In this document: positions 1-8,699 of the stretch, one piece after another
Position numbering within the stretch: position 1 is the first letter of the stretch
Layout of the letters: every line of letters begins with the position of its first letter
Assembly (NCBI GenBank): GCA_037189525.1
Contig: JBBCJC010000002.1
Location: 800,001-864,000, forward strand
Source: Gemmatimonadales bacterium
Lineage (GTDB): Bacteria > Gemmatimonadota > Gemmatimonadetes > Gemmatimonadales > GWC2-71-9
Direction of reading: 5' to 3'
DNA length: 64,000 nucleotides
Program-made: the position numbers and the translations under genes
The notes under the pieces: model-generated
Database searches by the model: none
What the model saw: only the letters and a program-made list of their open reading frames with translations
Told to the model about the DNA's origin: nothing

Positions 1-239
1 TGGCCGCAGGACAGGACGAAGCGGTCGCGATCGGCCCAGTCCGGCGTGTCTGGCGCATGGCGGAGGTGGCGGTGCCACAGCACGTAGGCCACCGGGGCGA
101 GCGCCATCGGCGTGCCGGGATGGCCGGACTTGGCCTGCTCGACGGCTTCCATCGAGAGGACCCTGATCGTGTTGATGGCGGACCACGCGGTGGCGCTGGT
201 CAGGTCGAGCGGCATGGCAGACGGGGCGGAGGCCGACAA
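1..239 (-). CDS. tkt: Transketolase, N-terminal part (runs off the left edge; not in the ORF track)
   Basis: Manual translation of the minus strand gives ...[60 protein letters not shown], containing the transketolase motifs SGHPG and [11 protein letters not shown]. In-frame TTG at 239 has AGGAGGAG 5 nt upstream; alternative ATG at 215. Confidence 0.95.
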   Translation of the reverse strand, partial: MSASAPSAMPLDLTSATAWSAINTIRVLSMEAVEQAKSGHPGTPMALAPVAYVLWHRHLRHAPDTPDWADRDRFVLSCG

Positions 240-400
240 GCGCGCTCCTCCTCTATCGAAGCGGAAGGTCGATGGTGACGGAAAGCGGGGAATATAATCG
301 TCTGCGGGGCGGCCTCCGGCGGGAGCCGAGACGGCCCTCATTGGGGCGTTCGGGGGCCGGATGTCCCGTAATCCGACAAACTTTGTTATCTTTCTAATCT

Positions 401-799
401 GTGTCGAATACCAATCGTCGCCGCCGGGGCGGTCCTGCCCCCAGTGCGGCCCGCAGCTCGGAAACTCTTCGTCGTACGGGCAGTAAATCCTATCAGGCCC
501 ACCGGGACGTCTTGATGGCTCGGTTCGGGCCGGTGTGTGCCTATTGCGGCGAAACCTTTGCGCCGGAAGAGATCACGCTGGACCATGTTCAACCGCGTAA
601 GGGCAAGGTCGCTTACGACCGGTCGGACAACCTGGTGCTGGCGTGTAAGACCTGCAACGCCGCCAAGGCCGATATGCCCTTCCTGGGCTTCCTGCTCGCG
701 CGGCGCTCCCGCGGGGTGTTCCTGCTCCACTATGGAGAGCATCTGTCCGAGGGCATCCGGCAGACCGTTCGGGACCTGGTCGAGAAACCGATCCTCTAA
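401..799 (+). CDS. HNH endonuclease family protein (zinc-binding)
   Basis: CAYC ... TLDHVQP ... [13 protein letters not shown] matches the CxxC...DH...N...CxxCN HNH signature. Its stop overlaps the convergent PPTase stop (796-799). Confidence 0.88.
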   Translation: MSNTNRRRRGGPAPSAARSSETLRRTGSKSYQAHRDVLMARFGPVCAYCGETFAPEEITLDHVQPRKGKVAYDRSDNLVLACKTCNAAKADMPFLGFLLARRSRGVFLLHYGEHLSEGIRQTVRDLVEKPIL

Positions 800-1524
800 A
801 AATGCGGCGGCGGGGTCGGGTCCCCGCTCTTATGGATGCGGACCGACCAGGCGGGATCGGTCCGCGCGACCGCGGCTGCGTAGCCATCGGGCGCCTCGAT
901 CCAGGCGCCGTGGACCGGCGAGGTCCCTTGGTTGGTGACGATGGTGAAACGGTCGCCGGGCCGAGCCTCGTCGAACGCCACCGAAAAGGCTTCGAGCGGG
1001 ATCGACAGCCCGCCGCCTAACGCCTTGATGTAGGCTTCCTTGGCAACCCAGTGCTGATAGAAGAGCGTCCGATGCCGCGCCGGGTCGGCCGCCGCCAGGC
1101 GGGCTCGTTCGCGCGGTGAGAAGACCGTCTCGGCCAGTTCGAGCAGGTCGAAATGATCGTGGCCGTGTTCGATGTCGATGCCGACGTCATGGTCGAGGGT
1201 CAGCGCGATCAGCGCCTCTGACCCCGAGTGCGACAGGTTGAATCGGATCTGGCTGCCCAGGTGGGGTGCGAGTTCCGGTTTCCCGTGCGGGCCCGTGACG
1301 ATCTCGACGTCGGCGGGGGCGAGGTCCAGGTAACTGCCGAGCACCTGGCGAAGGGTGCCGCGGGCGGTGACGTAGACCGACCGGTCCTTGTCGAAGACGA
1401 AGCGGGCGGCGCGTGTTCGTTCCGCGGCGGTGAGCGTCGAGTGCAGCGCGGCGGGAACGGTGGCCGGTACCGAGACCGGCCAGACCTCGATCCGGTCAGT
1501 GTGAAGCGGCGGAGGCGGCGTCAC
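796..1524 (-). CDS. Sfp-type 4'-phosphopantetheinyl transferase
   Basis: Motifs GKPEL, FNLSHS, VGIDIE and WVAKEAYIKALG. Probable GTG start at 1524 (VTPPPPLH...); the ORF-track extension to 1668 lies inside the ABC gene. Confidence 0.93.
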   Translation of the reverse strand: MTPPPPLHTDRIEVWPVSVPATVPAALHSTLTAAERTRAARFVFDKDRSVYVTARGTLRQVLGSYLDLAPADVEIVTGPHGKPELAPHLGSQIRFNLSHSGSEALIALTLDHDVGIDIEHGHDHFDLLELAETVFSPRERARLAAADPARHRTLFYQHWVAKEAYIKALGGGLSIPLEAFSVAFDEARPGDRFTIVTNQGTSPVHGAWIEAPDGYAAAVARTDPAWSVRIHKSGDPTPPPHF

Positions 1525-3142
1525 GTTGCTCGCTTGGTCGCCAGCTGTCGACGATCTGGCCGTAGTCCAGTTTGATGACGCGGTCGCCCAGGTCGAAATA
1601 TCGATCGTCGTGGGTGATGACGACGACCGTCTTGCCGCGGGCCTTGAGCTCGGGCAGCAGCTCCGCATAGAAAATCTGCCGATAGCCCGGGTCCTGATCG
1701 GCGGCCCATTCGTCGAAGACGTAGACGGGACGGTCTTCCAGGTATGCCGCCATCAGGGCGAGCCGGCGTTTCTGTCCCTGTGACAGCGCCGTCGTCGACA
1801 GGACGCCGTCCTTCACGCTCACCTTGTGGTCGAGGCCCAGGCGCACCAGGTATTCACGGGCGCGGGTGTCGATATCGCCGTCGCCCAGACCGGTGACGTC
1901 GGGGAACAGGAAAAAGTCGGAGAAGACGGTTGCGAACTGCTGGCGATAGTTCTCGCGGTTCGCCGCGGTGACGGTCTCGCCGTTCAGCGCGATCGATCCC
2001 TCATCGGGTGGGTACAAGCCCGTCAGCAGTTTGACGAAGGTCGATTTGCCGCTTCCGTTGCCGCCGATGATGAAGACGAGTTCGCCGGGATGCAGCGTCA
2101 GGTCGACGGGGCCTAGTCCGAAGCCGCCGTTTGGATCGGAGCGATCGTAGCGGAAGGCCACGTTGCGGAACTCGATGGTGGCGCCGGGGCGATCCGTTCC
2201 GGCGAGTGGCGCATCTTCGGTGACGCGCTCCAGCGAGAGGCCGAGTTCGTCGATCCGGGCCAGCGCCGTCTGGCCGCGGTGGAAGATCGGAAGCGCGCCT
2301 AGCAGGGACCAGACGGGCCCCATGGCGTAGAGCGCCACGAAGGCAAACCCGGTCAATGATCGAGTCGAGGTCTCGAAGATGGCGGGCAGGGCAAAGAGCA
2401 TGACCCCCATGATCAGGAAGAACATGCTCTGGGTCCAGCCGTCGGCGGCGAGGTAGTGACGGGCCGCGTCGAGGCTCAAGCCGCGCAATCGCTCGGTCGT
2501 CTCCGGGATACTACCAGCCAGCAGATGATCGCGCCGCGCGCGATTCATCTTGATCTCTTTGATACCTTCCGTGATGGTGCGGTAGTGCCGGAACAGGACA
2601 TCGCGTTCGCGCCGCGCCGCGGTGATGGCTCCCGAAGCTCGGCGCATCAGCACTTTGTAGCCGAGCGCGGCCAGGATTCCGAAGATCACGAGCGCCAGCG
2701 CCGACGCCCATGAGAGAGCGGCGAGGTAGATGGTGCATCCCAAGAGCACCGCCGCATTGGTGATCACGGTCGGGATGGCCTGGACCGATGCGGAAAGGGT
2801 CCCGACGTCGTCCGTCAACGTGGTCATGATGCGGGCGGCGCCGATCTCTTCGAGCGTCCGGAACGGCGTTTCGACGACACGCGCACTGAGTTGATTGCAG
2901 AGGCGCAGGATTGCCTGCTGCGCATAGGTCGCGAGGTTCCACTGAGCAATCAGGTTGGTCGCGATGCGCGCCAGCGCGACGGCGATGAAGCCGACGACGA
3001 TCAGCGGGAGATTGGTGGTGTGGAGGGCGGCATTGACCAGCGCCACGAACCCGGCGCTGGCCAGGCCGCCGACGATACCGGCCAGGATGACGGTGATGAT
3101 GCCGCGTCGTCCGGTCCGGAACAGGAAGGCCAGCAGGTTCAT
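1496..3142 (-). CDS. Cyclic peptide export ABC transporter, fused permease/ATPase (PvdE/SyrD/YojI family)
   Basis: Hydrophobic N-terminal TM region, Walker A GGNGSGKST, signature LSQGQKRR, family-typical Walker B region FDEWAADQDP and ITHDDRYF. ATGA overlap with the NRPS stop. Confidence 0.92.
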   Translation of the reverse strand: MNLLAFLFRTGRRGIITVILAGIVGGLASAGFVALVNAALHTTNLPLIVVGFIAVALARIATNLIAQWNLATYAQQAILRLCNQLSARVVETPFRTLEEIGAARIMTTLTDDVGTLSASVQAIPTVITNAAVLLGCTIYLAALSWASALALVIFGILAALGYKVLMRRASGAITAARRERDVLFRHYRTITEGIKEIKMNRARRDHLLAGSIPETTERLRGLSLDAARHYLAADGWTQSMFFLIMGVMLFALPAIFETSTRSLTGFAFVALYAMGPVWSLLGALPIFHRGQTALARIDELGLSLERVTEDAPLAGTDRPGATIEFRNVAFRYDRSDPNGGFGLGPVDLTLHPGELVFIIGGNGSGKSTFVKLLTGLYPPDEGSIALNGETVTAANRENYRQQFATVFSDFFLFPDVTGLGDGDIDTRAREYLVRLGLDHKVSVKDGVLSTTALSQGQKRRLALMAAYLEDRPVYVFDEWAADQDPGYRQIFYAELLPELKARGKTVVVITHDDRYFDLGDRVIKLDYGQIVDSWRPSEQRDAASAASH

Positions 3143-6100
3143 GCGGCTTCTCCGTCGGGTCGCCCTGGCTCGGAGCGATCCAGCACTTCGCTCAGGCGTT
3201 TCCCGAGGTTGACGACGTGCGGTCGTGTCAGCATCAGTCCGGAATCACCGCCCCCGATCGGGATGACTTCCTGGCCATCGGTTGCGCGCGCGGCCCAGGC
3301 GAGCCGCCGGTCACCCAGCCCTTCATCCGGTGCGCGGTCCGAGAAGAAGTGGACGATCCGCCCGCGATAGGTGCCGGGTGAATGGCTCTTCATCGCAAAA
3401 TAATTGGCTTGCTGCACGTCGGTCCGGGTTGCTTCCTGCGCACGGGCCTCGCGGATCGGTTCCGCCTTGGCCTCGGGTACCGGACGGAATACGGCGCGGA
3501 GCCGGGCCCAGCGCCGTTCCGCCGGTTGCTGCCACCAGACGAGCACCCGGTTGATCAGGCTGGCCGGCTTCCGCAGCATCCGATGGCGCGTCAGCTGGCG
3601 GCCGAGTCGGTCTCGCCAGGTGAGGGGACGAGGGGCGGGAACGTCGAGCAGGGCCAGAAGTTCGACCTGTTCCCCCGCCTGCTGGAGCTGAGTGGCCATC
3701 GTGTGAGCGATCATCCCGCCCATGCAGCCGCCCGCCAGGCGATACGGGCCATGCGGCTGTATCTCACGCAGCGCGGCGAGGTATTGCCGGGCCATCTCGT
3801 CGATGGTGCGCAGGAGCGGGGTCCGCCCGTCCAGGCCGATGGCCTGCAGGCCGTAGAACGGCTGCTCGGGGCCGAGTTCTCTCGCGAGGTCGACGTAGTT
3901 GAGGACGTTCCCGCCGATACCGTGGACGCAGAACAACGGCCGCCGGCTGCCACGGGATTCGATGGCGACCAGCGCGCCGGCCGGCCGGGCCGGGCCGGCA
4001 TTGCCCAGGACCTCTGCAAGCTGGGCAACCGTCGGAGCGGCCAACAGGGTCGCCAGCGAGAGCCGCTGACCGAACTCGCGCTCGATCGATGCAAACAGGC
4101 GCACCGCAACCAGGGAATGGCCGCCGAGGGAGAAGAAGTCGTCGTGGATGCCGACGGCCGGGACCTCGAGCGCCTCTTCCCAGAGGCGGCAGAGTCGCAG
4201 CTCGTTGGCGTTACGCGGCGGTGTCCGTTCGATGCTCGCGGGCGCCGACTGCAGTCGGGGAAGGGCGCGGAAGTCGACCTTGCCGTTCGGAGTCCGGGGC
4301 AACGCGGGCAGGATGCCGATGGCGCTGGGGACGGCGTAGGCCGGCAGTAGCGCAGCAAGCGCACGGCGGATCTCATCGAGGTCCGGTGGCGTGTCCCATG
4401 CGCCCGCCAGGTAGGCAACCAGGCGGATCTGGTCCGGCTCGGCGCCGTCGGTCGACGCAACGGTCTCGCGGACTCCCGGTATCCGAGCGAGGGCAGCTTC
4501 GACGTCGCCCAGCTCGACCCGGAATCCCCGGATCTTGATCTGCCGATCGGCGCGGCCGATGAAATCGATCGCGCCGTCGATGCGGTAGCGCCCCAGGTCG
4601 CCGGTGCGGTAGACCCGATCGTCGCTGAGCCCAGTGTATCCGTTTGGCGGGAACCGTTGCGCCGTGAGGTCGGGCTCCCGATGGTAGCCGGCGCTCAGGT
4701 AGGGCGTCCGGATCACGATTTCACCCGGTTCGCCGATCCCGGCGAGCTTGCCGTTCCGATCGAGGACCAGCAGTTGCACGTCGGCGATGCCGCGTCCGAT
4801 CGGAATGCTGCCCGTCTCCGGCGCAGCGGAACGATCGAGGTCGGCGTAACCCATCAATTGCGGCGTTTCGGTCGCGCCGTAGCCGTTCACGATCCGGGCC
4901 TCGGGTGCCAGCCGAGCGAACCGGTTGAGGCGGGCTCGGGTCAGCCGATCGCCGCCGAAGCAGACGAGGCGGAGCGAGGGAAGCGACAACGAGGCGTCGC
5001 CGGGATCCGCGATCAGTTCGACCATCGGCGGGGTCAGATGGGTGACGGTGACCCGCGCATCGCGCAGCCAGCGGCCGAGGTGGCCGGGGCCTTCGATCAG
5101 GTCACCGTCAGGTACGCACAGGGCGCCGCCGACCCAGATCGGCGCCAGCAGGTCACGCAGGAGCGGGTCGTGCGCCAGGCCGGACAGCATGCTGATCCGG
5201 TCCGACGGTCCGAGCTCGAAGGTTTCCTGGTACCACTCGCAGAAGTGGCCGAGTGGGCGGTGTGTGCCGACGATGCCTTTGGGCGTGCCGGTGGTTCCGG
5301 AGGTAAACGCCAGGTACGCAGTGTCGTCGGGTCCGACCTCGACGGCGAGTGGCGTTGCCGGGTGCTGCCGGGCGGCGGTGTGTGCCAGGTCGGCGCCGCT
5401 GCCGAGCGGAACGCGGGTCCAGCGTCGTTCGGCGATGATTGCTTCGAGGTCGGGGGCGAGCGGTGTCTTCTGATCGAGCCGGATCAGGATCGAGGGATCA
5501 GCCAGGTCGATGATCTGGGCCAGCCGTTCGGTCGGATAGGCCGGATCGAGGATCACGAACGCCGCACCGGTTTCCAGGGTGGCGAGGATCGCGAGCAGGA
5601 GGCTCGGATCGCGCGCAGCAAGCACTGCCACGACGGTGCCCGGACGAGCGCCCTCTTGCGCCAGCGCATTCGCGACGCGCCGGACCGCCTGATGCAACTC
5701 GCCATATCGCCACTGGTAAGCCCCGGCATCGAGCGCGATGTGGTCGGGGCTCTGCTCGGCGTGCCGAGCCAGCTGTGTGCCGACCGTGCCGGCCCAGGTG
5801 CTGGCCAGCGGAGCGACCGGGTCCGGAAGGACGGTTCGCGCCTGGGGCGTGACGAGGGAGATAGTCTCGATGGCGGCGTCCGGGTCCGAGGCGACGGCAT
5901 CGACCAGTTGGCTGTATTGTGCCAGCATCTCATCGATGCGGGCGGCGTCGAACAGGTCGGCGTTGTAGACCAGGGTCAACCGAAGCCCGGGACGATGGTC
6001 GACCGCGTACAGGGTCAGGTCGAACTTGGCCTCATCGGGAACGCCGCCACGGTGTTCGATGGCGACGCCGGGCAGCTGAAACGTATTGGTGGCAAACGCC

Positions 6101-7281
6101 AACAAGTTGAAGAACACCTGGAACAGCGGAGTCCGGCTCGGGTCGGGCGGCGGCTTCAACTCGGCGATGACGCGCTCGAGCGGGACGTCCTGGTGCAGGT
6201 GGGCTTCGCGGGTCGCGGTCCGCATCTGGCCCAGCAGGTCGCGGAAGCTGGGCCGGCCCTCGAATCGGGTGCGCAGCACGACCGTATTGACGAAGAACCC
6301 GATCAACCCCTCGGTTTCTGGGCGGCCGCGCCCGGCATATGGGGCGCCGATCAGAATATCGTCCTGGCCGGAGAGCCGATGCAGCAGGGCGCCGAACGCG
6401 CCAAGCAGCGCCGCGAACGGGGTCGTCTGTTCGGCTCGGCACAGCGTCAGCAGAGCCTGTTCGGTCGCTCCGCTCAGGTCGAAGGTGCGCTGTCCCGCCC
6501 GGAAGGTGCGCACGGGAGGACGGGGCCGGTCGGTCGGCAGGTCCAGCGCGGTCGGCGCGCCGGCCAGGCTGTCCCGCCAGTAGCGCACATGGGGCTCGGC
6601 ATCCGCACCTTCCGCCCAGGCGCGATGCCAGGCGGCGAAATCCCGGTACTGGATTGGCAAGTCGGGCAGGCTCGGCGCGCCGCCGGCGATCAGGGCCTTG
6701 TAATGGGCGGTCAGTTCGCGGAAGAAAACGTGAATCGACCAGCCATCCGAAATGATGTGATGGAATACCATCACGAAGATGTGGTCGTCCGGTCCGAGTC
6801 CAATCAGGGTAGGGCGGAACAGCGGTCCCTGGTGCAGGTCGAACGGCGCCGCCATCAATCGTTCCGCCGTGTTCCATCCCGCCTGCTCGCGCTCGCCTGG
6901 CGGGAGCGTCGTCAGGTCGATGGCCTCGATCGAGACGCTCTCGGGCGGGTGCGCGACCTGGGTGGCGCCCTCGGGTCCGGAGACGAACGTCGTCCGCAGG
7001 GTTTCATGACGGCGTACGATTTCGCGGATGGCCGCTTCGAAAGCCGGCCGATCGAGCGGTCCCCGGAGCCGGAATGCGAACGGGATGGTGTAGGCGGTAC
7101 CATCGGGTTGCAGCTGATCGGCCAGCCACAGGCGCTCTTGATAGAGGGAGAGCCGGGCGGGGCCGCTTCCGTCTACGCGGGGCAGGGTGGCCTTCGTCTG
7201 GTCCGAGCCGGCGGCGGCCCGCTCGAGCAACAGTTGCTTGAGCCGGCGGCGCTTTTCGGCAACCGGATCTGGCGTCGTCAT
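3139..7281 (-). CDS. Single-module NRPS: docking-C-A-PCP-TE (about 1380 aa)
   Basis: C domain HHIISDGWS; A domain FTSGTTGTPKG, NGYGATET, YRTGDLGR, QIKIRGFRVE, NGKVD; PCP FFSLGGHSL; TE LAGGCMGG. Start placed at ATG 7281 (MTTPDPVAEKRRRLKQLL) because the upstream 66 codons lie in AT-richer intergenic DNA. Confidence 0.95.
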   Translation of the reverse strand: MTTPDPVAEKRRRLKQLLLERAAAGSDQTKATLPRVDGSGPARLSLYQERLWLADQLQPDGTAYTIPFAFRLRGPLDRPAFEAAIREIVRRHETLRTTFVSGPEGATQVAHPPESVSIEAIDLTTLPPGEREQAGWNTAERLMAAPFDLHQGPLFRPTLIGLGPDDHIFVMVFHHIISDGWSIHVFFRELTAHYKALIAGGAPSLPDLPIQYRDFAAWHRAWAEGADAEPHVRYWRDSLAGAPTALDLPTDRPRPPVRTFRAGQRTFDLSGATEQALLTLCRAEQTTPFAALLGAFGALLHRLSGQDDILIGAPYAGRGRPETEGLIGFFVNTVVLRTRFEGRPSFRDLLGQMRTATREAHLHQDVPLERVIAELKPPPDPSRTPLFQVFFNLLAFATNTFQLPGVAIEHRGGVPDEAKFDLTLYAVDHRPGLRLTLVYNADLFDAARIDEMLAQYSQLVDAVASDPDAAIETISLVTPQARTVLPDPVAPLASTWAGTVGTQLARHAEQSPDHIALDAGAYQWRYGELHQAVRRVANALAQEGARPGTVVAVLAARDPSLLLAILATLETGAAFVILDPAYPTERLAQIIDLADPSILIRLDQKTPLAPDLEAIIAERRWTRVPLGSGADLAHTAARQHPATPLAVEVGPDDTAYLAFTSGTTGTPKGIVGTHRPLGHFCEWYQETFELGPSDRISMLSGLAHDPLLRDLLAPIWVGGALCVPDGDLIEGPGHLGRWLRDARVTVTHLTPPMVELIADPGDASLSLPSLRLVCFGGDRLTRARLNRFARLAPEARIVNGYGATETPQLMGYADLDRSAAPETGSIPIGRGIADVQLLVLDRNGKLAGIGEPGEIVIRTPYLSAGYHREPDLTAQRFPPNGYTGLSDDRVYRTGDLGRYRIDGAIDFIGRADRQIKIRGFRVELGDVEAALARIPGVRETVASTDGAEPDQIRLVAYLAGAWDTPPDLDEIRRALAALLPAYAVPSAIGILPALPRTPNGKVDFRALPRLQSAPASIERTPPRNANELRLCRLWEEALEVPAVGIHDDFFSLGGHSLVAVRLFASIEREFGQRLSLATLLAAPTVAQLAEVLGNAGPARPAGALVAIESRGSRRPLFCVHGIGGNVLNYVDLARELGPEQPFYGLQAIGLDGRTPLLRTIDEMARQYLAALREIQPHGPYRLAGGCMGGMIAHTMATQLQQAGEQVELLALLDVPAPRPLTWRDRLGRQLTRHRMLRKPASLINRVLVWWQQPAERRWARLRAVFRPVPEAKAEPIREARAQEATRTDVQQANYFAMKSHSPGTYRGRIVHFFSDRAPDEGLGDRRLAWAARATDGQEVIPIGGGDSGLMLTRPHVVNLGKRLSEVLDRSEPGRPDGEAA

Positions 7282-7898
7282 CGAAGGCCGAATCGGGTGG
7301 AGGACGTGATCATAGGCACGAATCGACCTAAGAAGTGCAATTTCTATGCACCATAAGATATGGTGTTGCTTAGAGGCATCACCTTCGCGTCGTTTTGCGA
7401 GAAACCTCGCTTTCAGCGGTCGCCCTGATGGCCGGGGACCGGTCAATATGGTCGGGTCTGCCGGAGCGCCGGGTCTCACTTCCTGTTGTGTTGATGTAAG
7501 TTATTGTAATATATGTAGCTTACGGTTCAGGTCATGAGGGGATTCCTGGGAGAGAATCGGGGTCGGGCAGGAACCTGACATGCGGCGCTGAGACTACACT
7601 GGAGTGCTCAGTCGTTGCATGCGCGCGACGACGACGTTAATTGGGGCGTGGTGTTTCGCCTGCGATAGACCCGAACGCCGTTGTCGGTTCCGGGGAAACC
7701 GAGGGGATGGCTTTCCCCTCTCCCTCGGCACAGTCGTTGCCTTATCTATGGGGTTGCGGGAGTTCTGGCCCTCGTCGGTTTACCGGACCACCTAGCGAAT
7801 GACTTGCGTTCGGGGCGTCGAAGGCTGGCCCGCGCCGGGGTCTCGTTCGCCTCCGTTGGTGGGAAATCCGGGCGAGGTTGCACAACCAAGGGCACTCA
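7282..7898. promoter_or_regulatory. Divergent promoter/leader region between the NRPS operon and the PKS operon
   Basis: About 600 bp with no credible ORF and visibly AT-richer stretches (7320-7380, 7480-7530). Contains a perfect palindrome CACCATA-AGA-TATGGTG (7349-7365), an imperfect inverted repeat GTAAGTTA-N12-TAGCTTAC (7496-7523) and hairpin-forming sequence at 7692-7728. Confidence 0.7.
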
Positions 7899-8699
7899 AT
7901 GTTGCGTCGCGAAGAAATCCAGGCATCGAACGGCTGGGTAGTCGCTGTCGGACGGAATCCGGCGGCGACGGTGCGCCTGGTGTGCTTCCCGCCTGCCGGG
8001 ACCGGGGCCGCATCCTACCGCGGCTGGTCTGAGTCGGCGCCTGGGTGGCTCGAAGTCTGTGCCGTTCAGTTGCCTGGCCGGGAAACCAGACTTCGCGATG
8101 TCCCGATGACTGACCTCGATCGGCTGATCCCGGAGCTCGGGAAAGCGCTGTTGCCGGTTCTGGACCGGCCGTTTGCCTTTTACGGGCACAGCCTGGGCTC
8201 GATCATCGCGTTCGAGACGGCGCGATGGCTCCGGCACCAGGGTGCTCCGCTGCCCGCAGCCATGTTCGTCGGCGCCAGCCGTCCTCCCCAGTTTCCGTGG
8301 CCCGATCCGCCGGTTCGGGATCTGCCGGACCTCGAGCTGCTCGAGGAGGTCAATCGCCGCTACGACTCGGTGCCCGATGTCGTGATGGCGGAACCGGAAC
8401 TCCGCACGCTGCTCACGCCCGCGCTTCGGGCCGACATGGCGTTGATCGAGACCTACCGGTATCGATCCGAAATGCCCTTCGATTTTCCGATTCAGGCCTT
8501 CTGGGGCGCCGCGGACCGGAAGGTGGCGCAGGCGGATATGGCACAGTGGCAGGAGCAGACGCTTGGTGCGTTCGAGCTCCAGCGCTTTGCGGATGGGCAT
8601 CTTTTCCTGTTGCCTCGCCGGCAGGACATCGTTGCGGCAGTCGCATCGCTGCTGACCCGATCGATGGCGGTCGGGTCTGAACGTCCCGGACGCCCCTGA
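7899..8699 (+). CDS. Type II (editing) thioesterase
   Basis: LVCFPPAGTGA, VQLPGRETR, FYGHSLG nucleophile motif, LRAD and C-terminal GHLF. ATG 7899 preferred over TTG 7878. TGATG overlap with PKS1. Confidence 0.93.
   Translation: MLRREEIQASNGWVVAVGRNPAATVRLVCFPPAGTGAASYRGWSESAPGWLEVCAVQLPGRETRLRDVPMTDLDRLIPELGKALLPVLDRPFAFYGHSLGSIIAFETARWLRHQGAPLPAAMFVGASRPPQFPWPDPPVRDLPDLELLEEVNRRYDSVPDVVMAEPELRTLLTPALRADMALIETYRYRSEMPFDFPIQAFWGAADRKVAQADMAQWQEQTLGAFELQRFADGHLFLLPRRQDIVAAVASLLTRSMAVGSERPGRP

Noticed and set aside
401..799. HNH gene as a homing or mobility element that delivered the cluster, or as a defence nuclease
   Set aside because: No intron, integrase, terminal repeats, methylase or immunity gene nearby. 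It more likely belongs to the host backbone.
4657..7356. 899-aa plus-strand ORF, and many other long antisense ORFs across the PKS genes and kgd (e.g. 31090-33429, 57125-59263, 60817-63129)
   Set aside because: They lie exactly opposite motif-bearing genes, have no recognisable domains, and are expected shadow ORFs in high-GC coding DNA.
7740..7898. Possible riboswitch immediately upstream of the TEII gene
   Set aside because: Short stems are present, but I could not match any SAM, cobalamin or c-di-GMP consensus by eye. An Infernal search would be needed.
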